A DNA stretch of 64,000 bases from Promethearchaeota archaeon. Its GTDB lineage: Archaea > Asgardarchaeota > Lokiarchaeia > Sigyniarchaeales > SOKP01. The stretch is from positions 451,610-515,609 of the forward strand of contig JAEOUA010000003.1 of the NCBI GenBank assembly GCA_016839555.1, in the 5' to 3' direction. Under the pieces are notes generated by a model. It worked only from the letters and a program-made list of their open reading frames with translations. It made no database searches and was not told where the DNA came from. The translations under genes were made by a program, and so were the position numbers. This document shows positions 1 through 9,736 of this stretch, in pieces; the stretch's first letter is position 1, and every line of letters begins with the position of its first letter.

Positions 1-50
1 AAAAAATAAAATAAATAATTATAATTAATAAATTTGGGTTGAGATTTTAA

Positions 51-317
51 ATGGGTGATTATATAGCCTTAATTGACATTATTCCAGAAGAAATGGATGT
101 TGATTTTGATGAGTTGGTGGAAAAATTAAAAAGTGTGCTTCCGGAGACATCTAAGATCGAACATTTTGATATTTTACCAGTGGCATTTGGCTTGGAAAAG
201 GTAAGATTAAGGGTTAGATATCCCGAACAATGGGGAGGCACTGATAGACTCGAAGAGCTTTTTTCCAAAGTGAAAGGAATTCAGGGAATAGAAGCGTTGG
301 CATTTTCTAAGGCATAA
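51..317 (+). CDS. ef1b: Archaeal translation elongation factor 1-beta
   Basis: 88 aa; IIPEEMDVDFDEL, PVAFGL and GGTDRLEE motifs typical of aEF-1beta. Confidence 0.92.
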   Translation: MGDYIALIDIIPEEMDVDFDELVEKLKSVLPETSKIEHFDILPVAFGLEKVRLRVRYPEQWGGTDRLEELFSKVKGIQGIEALAFSKA

Positions 318-473
318 TTTTAAAAATATTAAGAATCTTTAATAAGAATCTATTTTTCTTTTCCTATTGTTTATAAAATAAATTATAAAAAAAATCAATA
401 AATTTGGTTTCGGCTTAATAAAAAAATAAAAATATAGATATAACTTAATTTTTTGATTTTCTAATTAGAGATT

Positions 474-1268
474 TTACCCCTTAAATCGTTTTTGTAAAGT
501 TTTTCCGTGTAAGAAGAACGCTAAAAATAGAAATAAGAATCCAAAGAGTAAGAGGAATATAAAATCTATTAAAAGCCCATATTCACCAAAACCACTTGAT
601 ATTCCCAATCCTATATTAATCAAATCAATAAAATATGATAAGGGTGAAATTAAAACTATTGGATCTGAGCTTATAGGCATAAATAAGGGACTAATGAATA
701 TCAACGGGAATTTAATTAAAATAGTTAAAATCATTGTATTTGCTGGAGTATCTGTTGGAGGGACTGAAAGAATTAAGCTAAAAGATGAGAATGCAAAAGA
801 TGCTATAAATATAGCTGGAATAATGATTAAGATATTTATAGAAGTCCATAATCCATAAACAACTATCCCTAAAATTAAAGGGACAATAGAAAAAAGGGAA
901 CCAAAAAGAAAGGAACTCCATACGTTTCCTAATAAGATCGTTTTAATAGAAATTGGACAAGTTATAAGCCTTTCTAAAGTTTTTTGACGAGTTTCCCAAG
1001 GAAATACCACGGGTCCAATTGATGTTGATGTGAGAAAAAGTACCATACACATTAATCCAGAAACAATATAAACAGGAATGATATCTCTACCAACTGTAAA
1101 TGCTAAAAATAGCACAATTGGAAATAAGATTCCTTGAATCACTACTGGTCCCTTATTGTAATATATTCTTAAATCCTTTTTAGCGATAGCAAAGGAGCGT
1201 CTAAGTTGATCAATTAAACGTTCAATTTTGGATTTTTCATAAATAAATTCTTCTTTAATTATTCTCAC
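474..1268 (-). CDS. ABC-2 type exporter permease
   Basis: About 6 hydrophobic segments; ExxxxTLERLxxxP motif; SPLSY near C-terminus; overlaps the ATPase gene. Confidence 0.88.
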   Translation of the reverse strand: MRIIKEEFIYEKSKIERLIDQLRRSFAIAKKDLRIYYNKGPVVIQGILFPIVLFLAFTVGRDIIPVYIVSGLMCMVLFLTSTSIGPVVFPWETRQKTLERLITCPISIKTILLGNVWSSFLFGSLFSIVPLILGIVVYGLWTSINILIIIPAIFIASFAFSSFSLILSVPPTDTPANTMILTILIKFPLIFISPLFMPISSDPIVLISPLSYFIDLINIGLGISSGFGEYGLLIDFIFLLLFGFLFLFLAFFLHGKTLQKRFKG

Positions 1269-2193
1269 CTCGATTAATGATTTTTACAAAAACCTCTTCT
1301 AGAGTTGGCTCCGGTGTGTTTAACTTTTTTATTTTAATATTTTTCAATTTGGTATAGTTTATTATTTGAGACATCGCTTCATGTAAATCATCGACAATGA
1401 TATGATAATAGTTTTTAATTTGCTTTACTTTATCAATTCCAGCTAATTTCTCTAGCTCAGATATATTAAGTTGTTCCGAAGGATATAAATCGATTGCTTG
1501 ATATTTTTTCTCAATTGCTCGTAAATTTTCTGGCGTATCCAATCGAATAAGATTGCCTTTATTAATGATAGCAATTCTATCGCATAATTCATTCGCGACA
1601 TCCATATTATGAGTGGTTAAGAATATGGTCATTCCTTCTTGATTGTATTGTTTAATTAGATTTTTAATAATAATACTTGATTGAACATCTAATCCAGATG
1701 TTGGTTCATCTAAAAATAAAATTTTAGGATTACTCATTAAAGCCATACATAATAAGAGTCTCTGTTTCATCCCTTTGGAATATTTTTTCGCAAGATCATC
1801 TTTTCTTTTAAATAGTTCAAATTTTTTCAAGAGTTCAAAAGCCCTTTTTTTTCTTTCACTCTTAGAAACTCCATAGATTTCTCCTATAAAGGTTAAATTT
1901 TGAAAGCCAGTTAAATCCATATATGCATTAGACATCTCCGGAACATTTCCCATTATTTGTTTAATTGCAATCTGGTTTTTCCATGCATCCTTCCCATAGA
2001 TAAAAATTTTTCCGGCTGTAGGTTTTAAAACCCCCGTTAACATTCGGATAGTGGTGGTTTTTCCTGCTCCATTTGGGCCAAGAAACCCAAATATCTCCCT
2101 TTCTTTTACTGAAAATGTAATATCATCGACTGCTTTCACAAGGTCGAAGTGTTTTGAGAGATTTTGAACTTCTATTATATTTTGTTGGGACAT
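1255..2193 (-). CDS. ABC exporter ATP-binding subunit (DrrA-like)
   Basis: Walker A GPNGAGKTT, signature YSKGMKQR, Walker B LFLDEPT, TTH switch, C-terminal PTLEEVF. Confidence 0.95.
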   Translation of the reverse strand: MSQQNIIEVQNLSKHFDLVKAVDDITFSVKEREIFGFLGPNGAGKTTTIRMLTGVLKPTAGKIFIYGKDAWKNQIAIKQIMGNVPEMSNAYMDLTGFQNLTFIGEIYGVSKSERKKRAFELLKKFELFKRKDDLAKKYSKGMKQRLLLCMALMSNPKILFLDEPTSGLDVQSSIIIKNLIKQYNQEGMTIFLTTHNMDVANELCDRIAIINKGNLIRLDTPENLRAIEKKYQAIDLYPSEQLNISELEKLAGIDKVKQIKNYYHIIVDDLHEAMSQIINYTKLKNIKIKKLNTPEPTLEEVFVKIINRGENN

Positions 2194-2274
2194 TTTTTTT
2201 TAAAAAATACTCCTTTTTTATTAATTCTATTGATTGAGTTTTTTAAAAATTTTAAAAAAAAATTTGATTTTTTA

Positions 2275-2430
2275 TTATTTTTCCTCTTCTAATTGAATAT
2301 GCTTAAGCAACTCATTAATTGATTGATCACCATGACATTTAATTATTTGATTCAATGAGCATCCTTCAGGAAAATTTTCTTTAATCTCCGGTTTATCACA
2401 AGCGCATTCCTCAGGCTTTTTTAATTTCAT
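2275..2430 (-). CDS. Small Cys/His-rich protein, 51 aa (not in ORF track)
   Basis: Manual translation MKLKKPEECACDKPEIKENFPEGCSLNQIIKCHGDQSINELLKHIQLEEEK; AGGAGG Shine-Dalgarno at 2439-2444, 8 nt before the ATG; co-oriented with the ABC genes. Confidence 0.8.
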   Translation of the reverse strand: MKLKKPEECACDKPEIKENFPEGCSLNQIIKCHGDQSINELLKHIQLEEEK

Positions 2431-2607
2431 ATTAGTTTCCTCCTTTTATGTTTAGTTTTAAATTTTATATAGGTTTTTTAATTAACTTTTTTATTAAAAT
2501 ATCTATTCTCTTTTTGATTTTTCAACTTCTTCATTGTTAGAGCATACATTTTTAGTTTTATTATAATAGCATTATTTAAAACCTAAAATGAACTATAATA
2601 ATACCAG

Positions 2608-2648
2608 TTAAGTCTAATATTCACTTAAGCCTATGACTTAATTAAGTC
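2608..2648. promoter_or_regulatory. Array of TTAAGTC/GACTTAA half-sites, putative ArsR-family operator
   Basis: TTAAGTC 2608, CACTTAA 2622, TTAAGCC 2625, GACTTAA 2635, TTAAGTC 2642; includes perfect palindrome GACTTAATTAAGTC; lies in a divergent promoter region. Confidence 0.55.
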
Positions 2649-2715
2649 TTATATTTAATTATATTTAAATATTTCTTTTTTTTTAATTATTTATAAGATT
2701 ATTCAAAATTATATC

Positions 2716-3084
2716 ATGACCAAAGAAATCGATTTAGATGATATAGGGGATTACATTAAAGCACTTCATTGTCCTATTAGATGGGATATAATTAAAATCC
2801 TAAAAGAGAAGCCAAAAACATCAGATCAAATCTTTTTTACTTTAAAAAAAGCTAATAAGTTAGAAAAAGCTTCAACCATACAAAACGAAACAAAAAGGTT
2901 TAGAGGATTATGTTTTCATGCTAATCATAGAAATCTTAAGAAACCAACATTATATTATCATTTAAGGGAATTAGAAAATGCTGGAATAATTAAGGGAAAA
3001 AAATTAATTGATGAGGAAGGAAATAAATTGAAGGAGAAGGAATGGAAATTAACTGTAAAAACTCTTACCATTAACCTTAAATAA
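2716..3084 (+). CDS. ArsR-like winged-helix transcription regulator
   Basis: KALHCPIRWDIIKIL ... PTLYYHLRELENAGII; inserted CFHxxH segment. Confidence 0.8.
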   Translation: MTKEIDLDDIGDYIKALHCPIRWDIIKILKEKPKTSDQIFFTLKKANKLEKASTIQNETKRFRGLCFHANHRNLKKPTLYYHLRELENAGIIKGKKLIDEEGNKLKEKEWKLTVKTLTINLK

Positions 3085-3174
3085 ATCTACCATGATATAA
3101 TAAGTAATTTTTAAATTGAGAATTCATATATAAAAAGTTTGTTTATTTATATTGAATCTATTTTATAATGATTT

Positions 3175-3834
3175 TTAATTCTTTGAAAGATTTTCTTTTG
3201 GATTAATTTTTTGTTGTTCGGCTAAAGAACCAATATTTTGTGGATCTGGAACATTTTTTGCTAATTCGATTGCGCGATCAAAAAATTCATTAGCTTTTTT
3301 TTTGTTTCCAATTCTGCGATTTATTTCTCCTCTAAGATAAATAAATAGTAATATTTCTTTTTCTGGAATTTGTTTTTTCTTAAATGCTTCAGCAAAATAT
3401 CCAAGCACAATTTTTCCAAACTTTTTTTGACTTTCTAGAGGTTTTGCCCACCAAAATGCATTAATCCAATTATTTGCTAGCTCAAACTCATTTATATTTA
3501 TAATATTGTATTCATTCATTGCTTCTAAACAACGCATTGCTCTTTCTATTCTGGATGATATTTCTTTATCATAAGAATCATACTTCAAAGGTTCCATATT
3601 ATTTATTTTTTCCTTAAAGTCCATATTATCTATTTTACTTTTAAAAAAGGGTGATGTAGAGCAAAAACCACAATTTGGACAACTATGATAAAAAAAGGGT
3701 ACAGGATTGAGTCCCCAATAATTAGGACGGAAATCTGTCCGTTTTGATGCATATCCACAGCTTGCTATGCTCGTACTTTCAAATTTTGTTTCACATACCG
3801 GACAAGATAATTGGATCGGAGAAGTAGTTGTCAT
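3175..3834 (-). CDS. DUF2225-like Zn-ribbon plus TPR protein
   Basis: CPVC ... TDFRP ... CPNCGF; C-terminal YLRGEINRRIG TPR-like helices. Confidence 0.75.
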   Translation of the reverse strand: MTTTSPIQLSCPVCETKFESTSIASCGYASKRTDFRPNYWGLNPVPFFYHSCPNCGFCSTSPFFKSKIDNMDFKEKINNMEPLKYDSYDKEISSRIERAMRCLEAMNEYNIININEFELANNWINAFWWAKPLESQKKFGKIVLGYFAEAFKKKQIPEKEILLFIYLRGEINRRIGNKKKANEFFDRAIELAKNVPDPQNIGSLAEQQKINPKENLSKN

Positions 3835-3981
3835 TAGAATCTATGCTTTTTATATAGTTCTAGATACTTTAACATTTATTAAAAAAGTTGAGTATAAATA
3901 TTTAATTCTTTACTTCTTAATTTATTTTATTGGATTTAATAACTTATTTTAATTTTAAATATCATCAAGTATTCAGAATCT

Positions 3982-4932
3982 ATGAATCTGACTAAATATG
4001 CGCCGAATTTAAGTATAATTGAGAATATACAAAAAGGACTGGAGATTGGTAATAGAATGGCTAATGTAATAATTAAAAAAAGACCTTTTGCAGTTAATTA
4101 TGATATTACTTGGCAATGTAACTTAAGGTGTAATCATTGTTATTTTTATTCATCTGCCGCAGAATTGGAATTAGGTGAAATAAATACTAGAAAGGAATTA
4201 TCTGATGAGCAATGGATAAATGTTTTTAGGTACCATAGAAGTCTTGGAGTTTATAGTGCTTCAATAACTGGAGGGGAGCCCACATTACGGATGTATCTTT
4301 TACATGAAGCAGTAAATATTTTTCCTTCAGTGCAAATTGCAACAAATGGTACGATAAAGATTCCTTATTTTAAAGCGAAAAAACAACCTATTCTTTGGGT
4401 AAGTTTGGATGGTCCAAAGGATCTGCATAATAAAATCCGCGGAGCTTCTATCTTTGATAAAGTAATCAAAAATATTCAAGATGATAAGCGTGTATTTATT
4501 TCATGTACGGTGAGTTCTCAAAATTATAAAGAAATTGAAAAAGTCGTAGAAATTGCTTATGATGCTGACGTTTCGGGAATATTTTTTTTATGGTATACTG
4601 GATATGATAATGATCCTCTCTTACTGAAAGGAGAAAAATCTAAAATAGCAGTTGGAAAAATATTAAATGTTATGAAAGAGTATGAAGATTTTATTATTTT
4701 TTCAAAAAAAATGCTTGAGCTTTATATATCTAAAGAATTTGTACCTCACTGTTTTTTCAGGAAAAAAAACCGAATTCATAGTTATTATCCTAATGGGCAA
4801 CAAAAATTCTGTGTTATGGGGAATTCTCCTAAATTATGTAAAAATTGTGGGTGTATTGTACCTGTAGCTGTGTATGCTTTAAGAAAATTTGATAGAGAAA
4901 CAATTAATAAGCTGAGAAGATTTCCTTTTTAG
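3982..4932 (+). CDS. Radical SAM protein with Cys-rich C-terminus (SPASM/twitch-like), copy 1
   Basis: CNLRCNHC, TGGEP, TNG, VSLDG, H..IRG; C-terminal C...FCVMGNSPKLCKNCGC. Confidence 0.9.
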   Translation: MNLTKYAPNLSIIENIQKGLEIGNRMANVIIKKRPFAVNYDITWQCNLRCNHCYFYSSAAELELGEINTRKELSDEQWINVFRYHRSLGVYSASITGGEPTLRMYLLHEAVNIFPSVQIATNGTIKIPYFKAKKQPILWVSLDGPKDLHNKIRGASIFDKVIKNIQDDKRVFISCTVSSQNYKEIEKVVEIAYDADVSGIFFLWYTGYDNDPLLLKGEKSKIAVGKILNVMKEYEDFIIFSKKMLELYISKEFVPHCFFRKKNRIHSYYPNGQQKFCVMGNSPKLCKNCGCIVPVAVYALRKFDRETINKLRRFPF

Positions 4933-4951
4933 GTTTTATCAATATTTTATT

Positions 4952-4999
4952 TTAACAAGTTCGTTTAAATAGTTTATCTAATTCTTTAAATGAGATAAA
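4952..4999 (-). pseudogene. mutL: Remnant of a mutL 3' end (FISFKELDKLFKRTC*)
   Basis: 42/48 nt identical to 6292-6339, the end of the intact mutL (FISFNELDKLFKRTG*); offset about 1340 nt, matching the radical SAM pair. Confidence 0.85.
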
Positions 5000-5320
5000 T
5001 TCTAACTATTAGTTTTACATAAATACTATTAACCTTACATAAATATACTATGTTATAGTAATTTTCAAATTAATTTTTTTATGCAGACTTTAAATTCGAG
5101 CTGAAAGCAACGCATATTTTAAACTAATTAGAATATGAATTCGTAGCATCAGTCCAATATTCATATGCAAACTCCTTATGGGATATTCATTTAATTATTG
5201 TGAGATTTGAATCTTATTTTTCTAATAATTCATTTTTCAAACTAAAATCTGAATATTAATTAAATAACTTAGATTTAGTAGATATATTTTCTCATAAAAA
5301 ATATCGATGTCATTTAAAAT

Positions 5321-6271
5321 ATGAAATTACCTAAAATTAGTTTAAATCTAATTAAATTTGAAAATATATTAGGAGCAGTAGGTGTAGCTAAGAGATTATT
5401 TAATATACAATTCAAAAAAGTGCCTTTTGCGGTTAACTATGACATTACGTGGGAATGTAATTTAAGATGTAAGCATTGTTATTTTTTTTCTTCTGCGGCA
5501 GAATTGGAATTTGGTGGGAAAAATACTAGAAAAGAATTATCAGATCAAGAATGGATAAATATTTTTAGATATCATAGAGAACTTGGGATTTCTAGTGCTA
5601 CGATTACAGGAGGGGAACCAACCTTACGTATGAATCTTCTACATAAAGCAGTAAAAATCTTTCCCTCTGTGCAAATTGTTACAAATGGTATAATCAAAAT
5701 TCCATATTTCAAAGTGAAAAATCAACCAATACTTTGGGTAAGTTTAGATGGAAATAAGGAAATGCATAATAATATAAGAGGTGCTCCTATTTTTGATAAA
5801 GTAATTAAAAATATCCAAAATGACAAACGAGTTTATATTTCTTGCACAATAAGCTCTCAAAATTATAACCAAATTGAAAATATAGTTGAAATTGCATATA
5901 ATAACGGGGTTTCTGGGATCTTTTTTTTATGGTACACGGGATATGATAATGATCCTCTTTTATTGAAAGGAGACCCCTCCAAAACTGCGATTCAAAAGAT
6001 ATTAAAGGTCATGAAGGAATATGGGGACTTTATTATTTTTTCAAAAAAAATGCTTGAATATTATATAACTAAAGAATTTGTGCCTCATTGTTGTTTTAGG
6101 AAAAAGAATAGGATTTTTAGTTATTATCCAAATGGAGAACTAAAATTTTGTGTCATGGGAAATTCCCCAAAATTATGTGAAAATTGTGGGTGTATTGTAC
6201 CTGTTGCTGTGTATGCTTTAAGAAATTTTGATTCAGAAACAATTGATAAGCTAAAAAAATTTCCTTTTTAG
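5321..6271 (+). CDS. Radical SAM protein with Cys-rich C-terminus, copy 2
   Basis: CNLRCKHC; same 316-aa length and highly similar to 3982..4932 apart from the N-terminal ~35 aa. Confidence 0.9.
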   Translation: MKLPKISLNLIKFENILGAVGVAKRLFNIQFKKVPFAVNYDITWECNLRCKHCYFFSSAAELEFGGKNTRKELSDQEWINIFRYHRELGISSATITGGEPTLRMNLLHKAVKIFPSVQIVTNGIIKIPYFKVKNQPILWVSLDGNKEMHNNIRGAPIFDKVIKNIQNDKRVYISCTISSQNYNQIENIVEIAYNNGVSGIFFLWYTGYDNDPLLLKGDPSKTAIQKILKVMKEYGDFIIFSKKMLEYYITKEFVPHCCFRKKNRIFSYYPNGELKFCVMGNSPKLCENCGCIVPVAVYALRNFDSETIDKLKKFPF

Positions 6272-6291
6272 ATCTTTCTGAGTTACAAACT

Positions 6292-8199
6292 TTAACCGGT
6301 CCGTTTAAATAGTTTATCTAACTCATTAAAGGAGATAAATCGAATTGTGGGTCGTCCATGAGCGCAATGAAAAGGGTCTTTGCACTGTGCTAATTCTATT
6401 AATAACTTTCGTATATCTTTTAATGATAAATCATCTCCGCCTCGAATACTTTTGTGGCAGGCGAGATAATTAATGATTTCTTCTTCAACTTCTGAGAAGC
6501 TTTTATCCTTTCCAATTTCCGTGATATCTGATATAATATCTTTAATTGACTCAATATTAATTGCTTTATTGAATATAGTTGGAATTTCTCTTAAGACAAA
6601 TGTATTTCCTCCAAATGATTCAAAGGTAAACCCTAATTCTTTGATTTTATCTAAATTCTCCTCTAGATATGATTTTTCACTGGGAGATAGTTCAATTTTC
6701 AATGGAGAAATGAGTTTTTGTTTTATTTTTTTTGATGATCTATAAATCTCATACAAAAATTCTTTATTGATTCTCTCAGATGCCGCATGTTGATCCAAAA
6801 TAAATAATCCTTGCTCATTTTCTTGGTTTATCCCTTCAAGCACTATGTAAATATTATTACTTAATTGTCCCGTATAGGAAATTAAGCGTAGCTTCGGAAA
6901 GTTTTCAGCAATTAAATATTTTTTTCTTAGAAATGTGTCTGAAACTTTTGCTTTTTGGCTTTTAATCATATTATCTTCCAGGTTTAATTGAACTGAATTA
7001 ATATCAATTTGAGCTTCATTATCTAAATTTCGTGTCATATTGTTTAAATCTTGTGAGAAATTTTGGATTTCTTGTGTTTGACTGCTTAATTCTTGTTGTC
7101 TATCTTCTGATAATCTATACTTATCGCTTACTTCCACATTGTTTATTTGACTTGAAGCATAATTTTGCAGATCTGTTTCAAGATATTTTGTTTCTCCTTT
7201 AACAAAGGAATCTTCTAAAAAACTCCTGATAACGTGATAAATTTTGTTATAGACAAAATCTTCATCTTCAAAACGTATTTCCAACTTTTTAGGATGAACA
7301 TTAAAATCAATGACAGAAGGATCCAGTTCAAAATGAATTATGAAAAAAGGAACTCTATTGATCATCAATATTCCTTTGTATGCTTCAGAAATTGCATCAA
7401 AAAGCAGATTACTCTTTATATAACGATTATTTAGAAAAATACTTGAACCACTTCTTCCTTTTTTGGAAATTTGGGGGTGTCCTAACAAACCATACACATT
7501 AAATAAATAATCTTGTTCTTGGTAAGAAATTTCAGCCATGTATTTAGCTATACTTTTTCCATAAATATGAAAAGTGGTGGTTTTCAAATCATTATTGGCA
7601 GGACAATTAAGTAATATTAGATCATTGTGTCTATAAATAAAATGTAATTCGGGATAGCACAAAGCATGTCTTTGTATAATGTCTGAGATGTGTCCCAGTT
7701 CAGTTGCATCTGATTTAAGGAATTTTTTACGAGCTGGAATATTGTAAAAAAGATTTTTTACGGTAATATTAGTTCCTATAGGAGCAGAAACTTCTTTTTT
7801 TTCGATGATTTTTCCCCCCTCAATAATTAGCTGTGTTCCAAAAGTCTCTTCTTCTGCCCTGGAAACAATATTTATCTTGCTGATTGCTGCTATACTAGCT
7901 AATGCTTCCCCTCGAAATCCCAGCGTATGAAGCTGTTCTAAATCTTTTATGCTTCGTATTTTATTACTAGTATGTCTCTGAAAGGCAAGTTCTAATTCCT
8001 CAGATAGGATTCCAACCCCATCATCAATAACTTGGATATAAATTTTCCCCGCTTTTTTCACAATAATCTTTATCTCTTTTGCGCCTGCATCAATGCTGTT
8101 TTCAATTAATTCTTTCACAATATTTGCAGGCCGTTCAATTACCTCACCAGCAGCGATCTTATCAGGATTTAAAATTTTTTTAATCTTTTTTCGTTTCAT
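6292..8199 (-). CDS. mutL: DNA mismatch repair endonuclease MutL
   Basis: IAAGEVIERP, KELIENSIDAG, GFRGEAL, DFNVHPKK; endonuclease motif DQHAASERINKE; ACH and CAHGRP. Confidence 0.97.
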   Translation of the reverse strand: MKRKKIKKILNPDKIAAGEVIERPANIVKELIENSIDAGAKEIKIIVKKAGKIYIQVIDDGVGILSEELELAFQRHTSNKIRSIKDLEQLHTLGFRGEALASIAAISKINIVSRAEEETFGTQLIIEGGKIIEKKEVSAPIGTNITVKNLFYNIPARKKFLKSDATELGHISDIIQRHALCYPELHFIYRHNDLILLNCPANNDLKTTTFHIYGKSIAKYMAEISYQEQDYLFNVYGLLGHPQISKKGRSGSSIFLNNRYIKSNLLFDAISEAYKGILMINRVPFFIIHFELDPSVIDFNVHPKKLEIRFEDEDFVYNKIYHVIRSFLEDSFVKGETKYLETDLQNYASSQINNVEVSDKYRLSEDRQQELSSQTQEIQNFSQDLNNMTRNLDNEAQIDINSVQLNLEDNMIKSQKAKVSDTFLRKKYLIAENFPKLRLISYTGQLSNNIYIVLEGINQENEQGLFILDQHAASERINKEFLYEIYRSSKKIKQKLISPLKIELSPSEKSYLEENLDKIKELGFTFESFGGNTFVLREIPTIFNKAINIESIKDIISDITEIGKDKSFSEVEEEIINYLACHKSIRGGDDLSLKDIRKLLIELAQCKDPFHCAHGRPTIRFISFNELDKLFKRTG

Positions 8200-8388
8200 T
8201 ATACTTTAAGAATAACTAAACCATTCTTAGATTGATTAAATTCCATAACAATTAAATGGATACACCTTTAAAATTTAATTATTTGTACAAAAATATCTTC
8301 TTCTATAATAGAATAGAAGTTAAGTATAAAGATTAAAGTTCTTGTTAAATCTAACAAATATTTAAAAAGAAAAAATTTTGATTATAAG

Positions 8389-9477
8389 TTATTTTCTAAA
8401 TTTAATCAGAAAAAAGATAAATAATATAATTCCTATAAACGGCATACTTAAAAATAAACCTATATAGATTAAATAACCAACAAAAATAAGTAGAAAGCAA
8501 ATCATAGAAAGAATAATTGATAATCCCCATGTTAAATAAATAAATTTTGGCCTTATTATTATATCAGAAAAATCTTGCTCAATCTGCTTATTAAGTTTAA
8601 TATCATTTTTATTATCTTTTTCTTCTGAATTCGTTATGTACAAGACTAATAGAAAGAAAACAATGAATAGGAAATAAATTATCAGCCCTAACCAATTTCC
8701 GAACCTATCTGGAAAAATGAACAAAGAGGTTTTGGTATAAAGGATTATTAAATAGAAAATTATTATAAAAAATCCAATATAATTAAAATTAAGTAGCCTT
8801 ATATTGAGAGTATTTCTTTTATTAACGTTTTTCAATATTAATACCACAAGTAATATTAGAGCTACTGACCCCCCAATACAAAGAGGAGCAATTAAAGGAT
8901 TAAATTCAGTTGATGCCGAAATATTTAAAGAGCCCCAAATTGTTAGAAAAATTAAAACTATTTTAGGTCCTTTTGAATTTTTTAACATTGGGAGGTGGGA
9001 TAATTCTATGGATTCTTTCGATCCAGTAAATGAAAAGATAAAAATTTCAGTTATTAGGACCGGGAGCATAAAAGAAAAAATCGGATGCCAGAAAAATACT
9101 AACGTTAGAAATTCATATATAGCAAGTATTCCATTAAATCCAAACATAGCCCCTTCAGAGTCAAGATAACCATACCATAACACTTTTGTTATAGGCCCCT
9201 CATATAAGGCAAATAAACAACCCCATAAATATAAATGTAATAATGATATTCGTTTCCATTTAAAGGCACAATTAAGATAAAAAAGGCTATGGAACATATA
9301 AAGAGGAAACGTTAATAATAAACCCCATAATTCGAGAAACCATAATTGAGAGGCGCCCGAAAAGACTTCGGCATAAAACATGCTGAGCAATCCTAATAAA
9401 AGACTCAATCCAATTTTGGATAAAATGTCATCATTTTTTTCAGCAGCATAATCTGTTTCTTTATTATTTTTAATCAT
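8389..9477 (-). CDS. Polytopic membrane protein of unknown function
   Basis: 362 aa with about 9-10 hydrophobic segments; YEG and FFWHP motifs. Confidence 0.7.
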   Translation of the reverse strand: MIKNNKETDYAAEKNDDILSKIGLSLLLGLLSMFYAEVFSGASQLWFLELWGLLLTFPLYMFHSLFYLNCAFKWKRISLLHLYLWGCLFALYEGPITKVLWYGYLDSEGAMFGFNGILAIYEFLTLVFFWHPIFSFMLPVLITEIFIFSFTGSKESIELSHLPMLKNSKGPKIVLIFLTIWGSLNISASTEFNPLIAPLCIGGSVALILLVVLILKNVNKRNTLNIRLLNFNYIGFFIIIFYLIILYTKTSLFIFPDRFGNWLGLIIYFLFIVFFLLVLYITNSEEKDNKNDIKLNKQIEQDFSDIIIRPKFIYLTWGLSIILSMICFLLIFVGYLIYIGLFLSMPFIGIILFIFFLIKFRK

Positions 9478-9736
9478 TATAAGTCTGAAAAATAATTTTT
9501 TTGAATATATTCATAATTAAATTAATTATATATATATTTTTCATAAAAAATTCCAGTATTATTATAAAAATCTGAGTAGGATTTAATGAATTTTTGAGTA
9601 CTTTTCTCCTAAATGAGCAAAAAATCTACCCGCTTTTTACTTATAATCTACAAATTAATATTTTTCTTTTAAAATTTTTGAATGATGAAAATTAAAGGAT
9701 AAATCACTAACTTAATAGCCATCAAATTATTAGCTT

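Noticed and set aside
3982-6271. Assignment of the radical SAM pair to tetraether synthase, GDGT ring synthase, MoaA or PqqE
   Set aside because: Too short for the lipid enzymes, no B12-binding domain, and no pathway context or specific motifs
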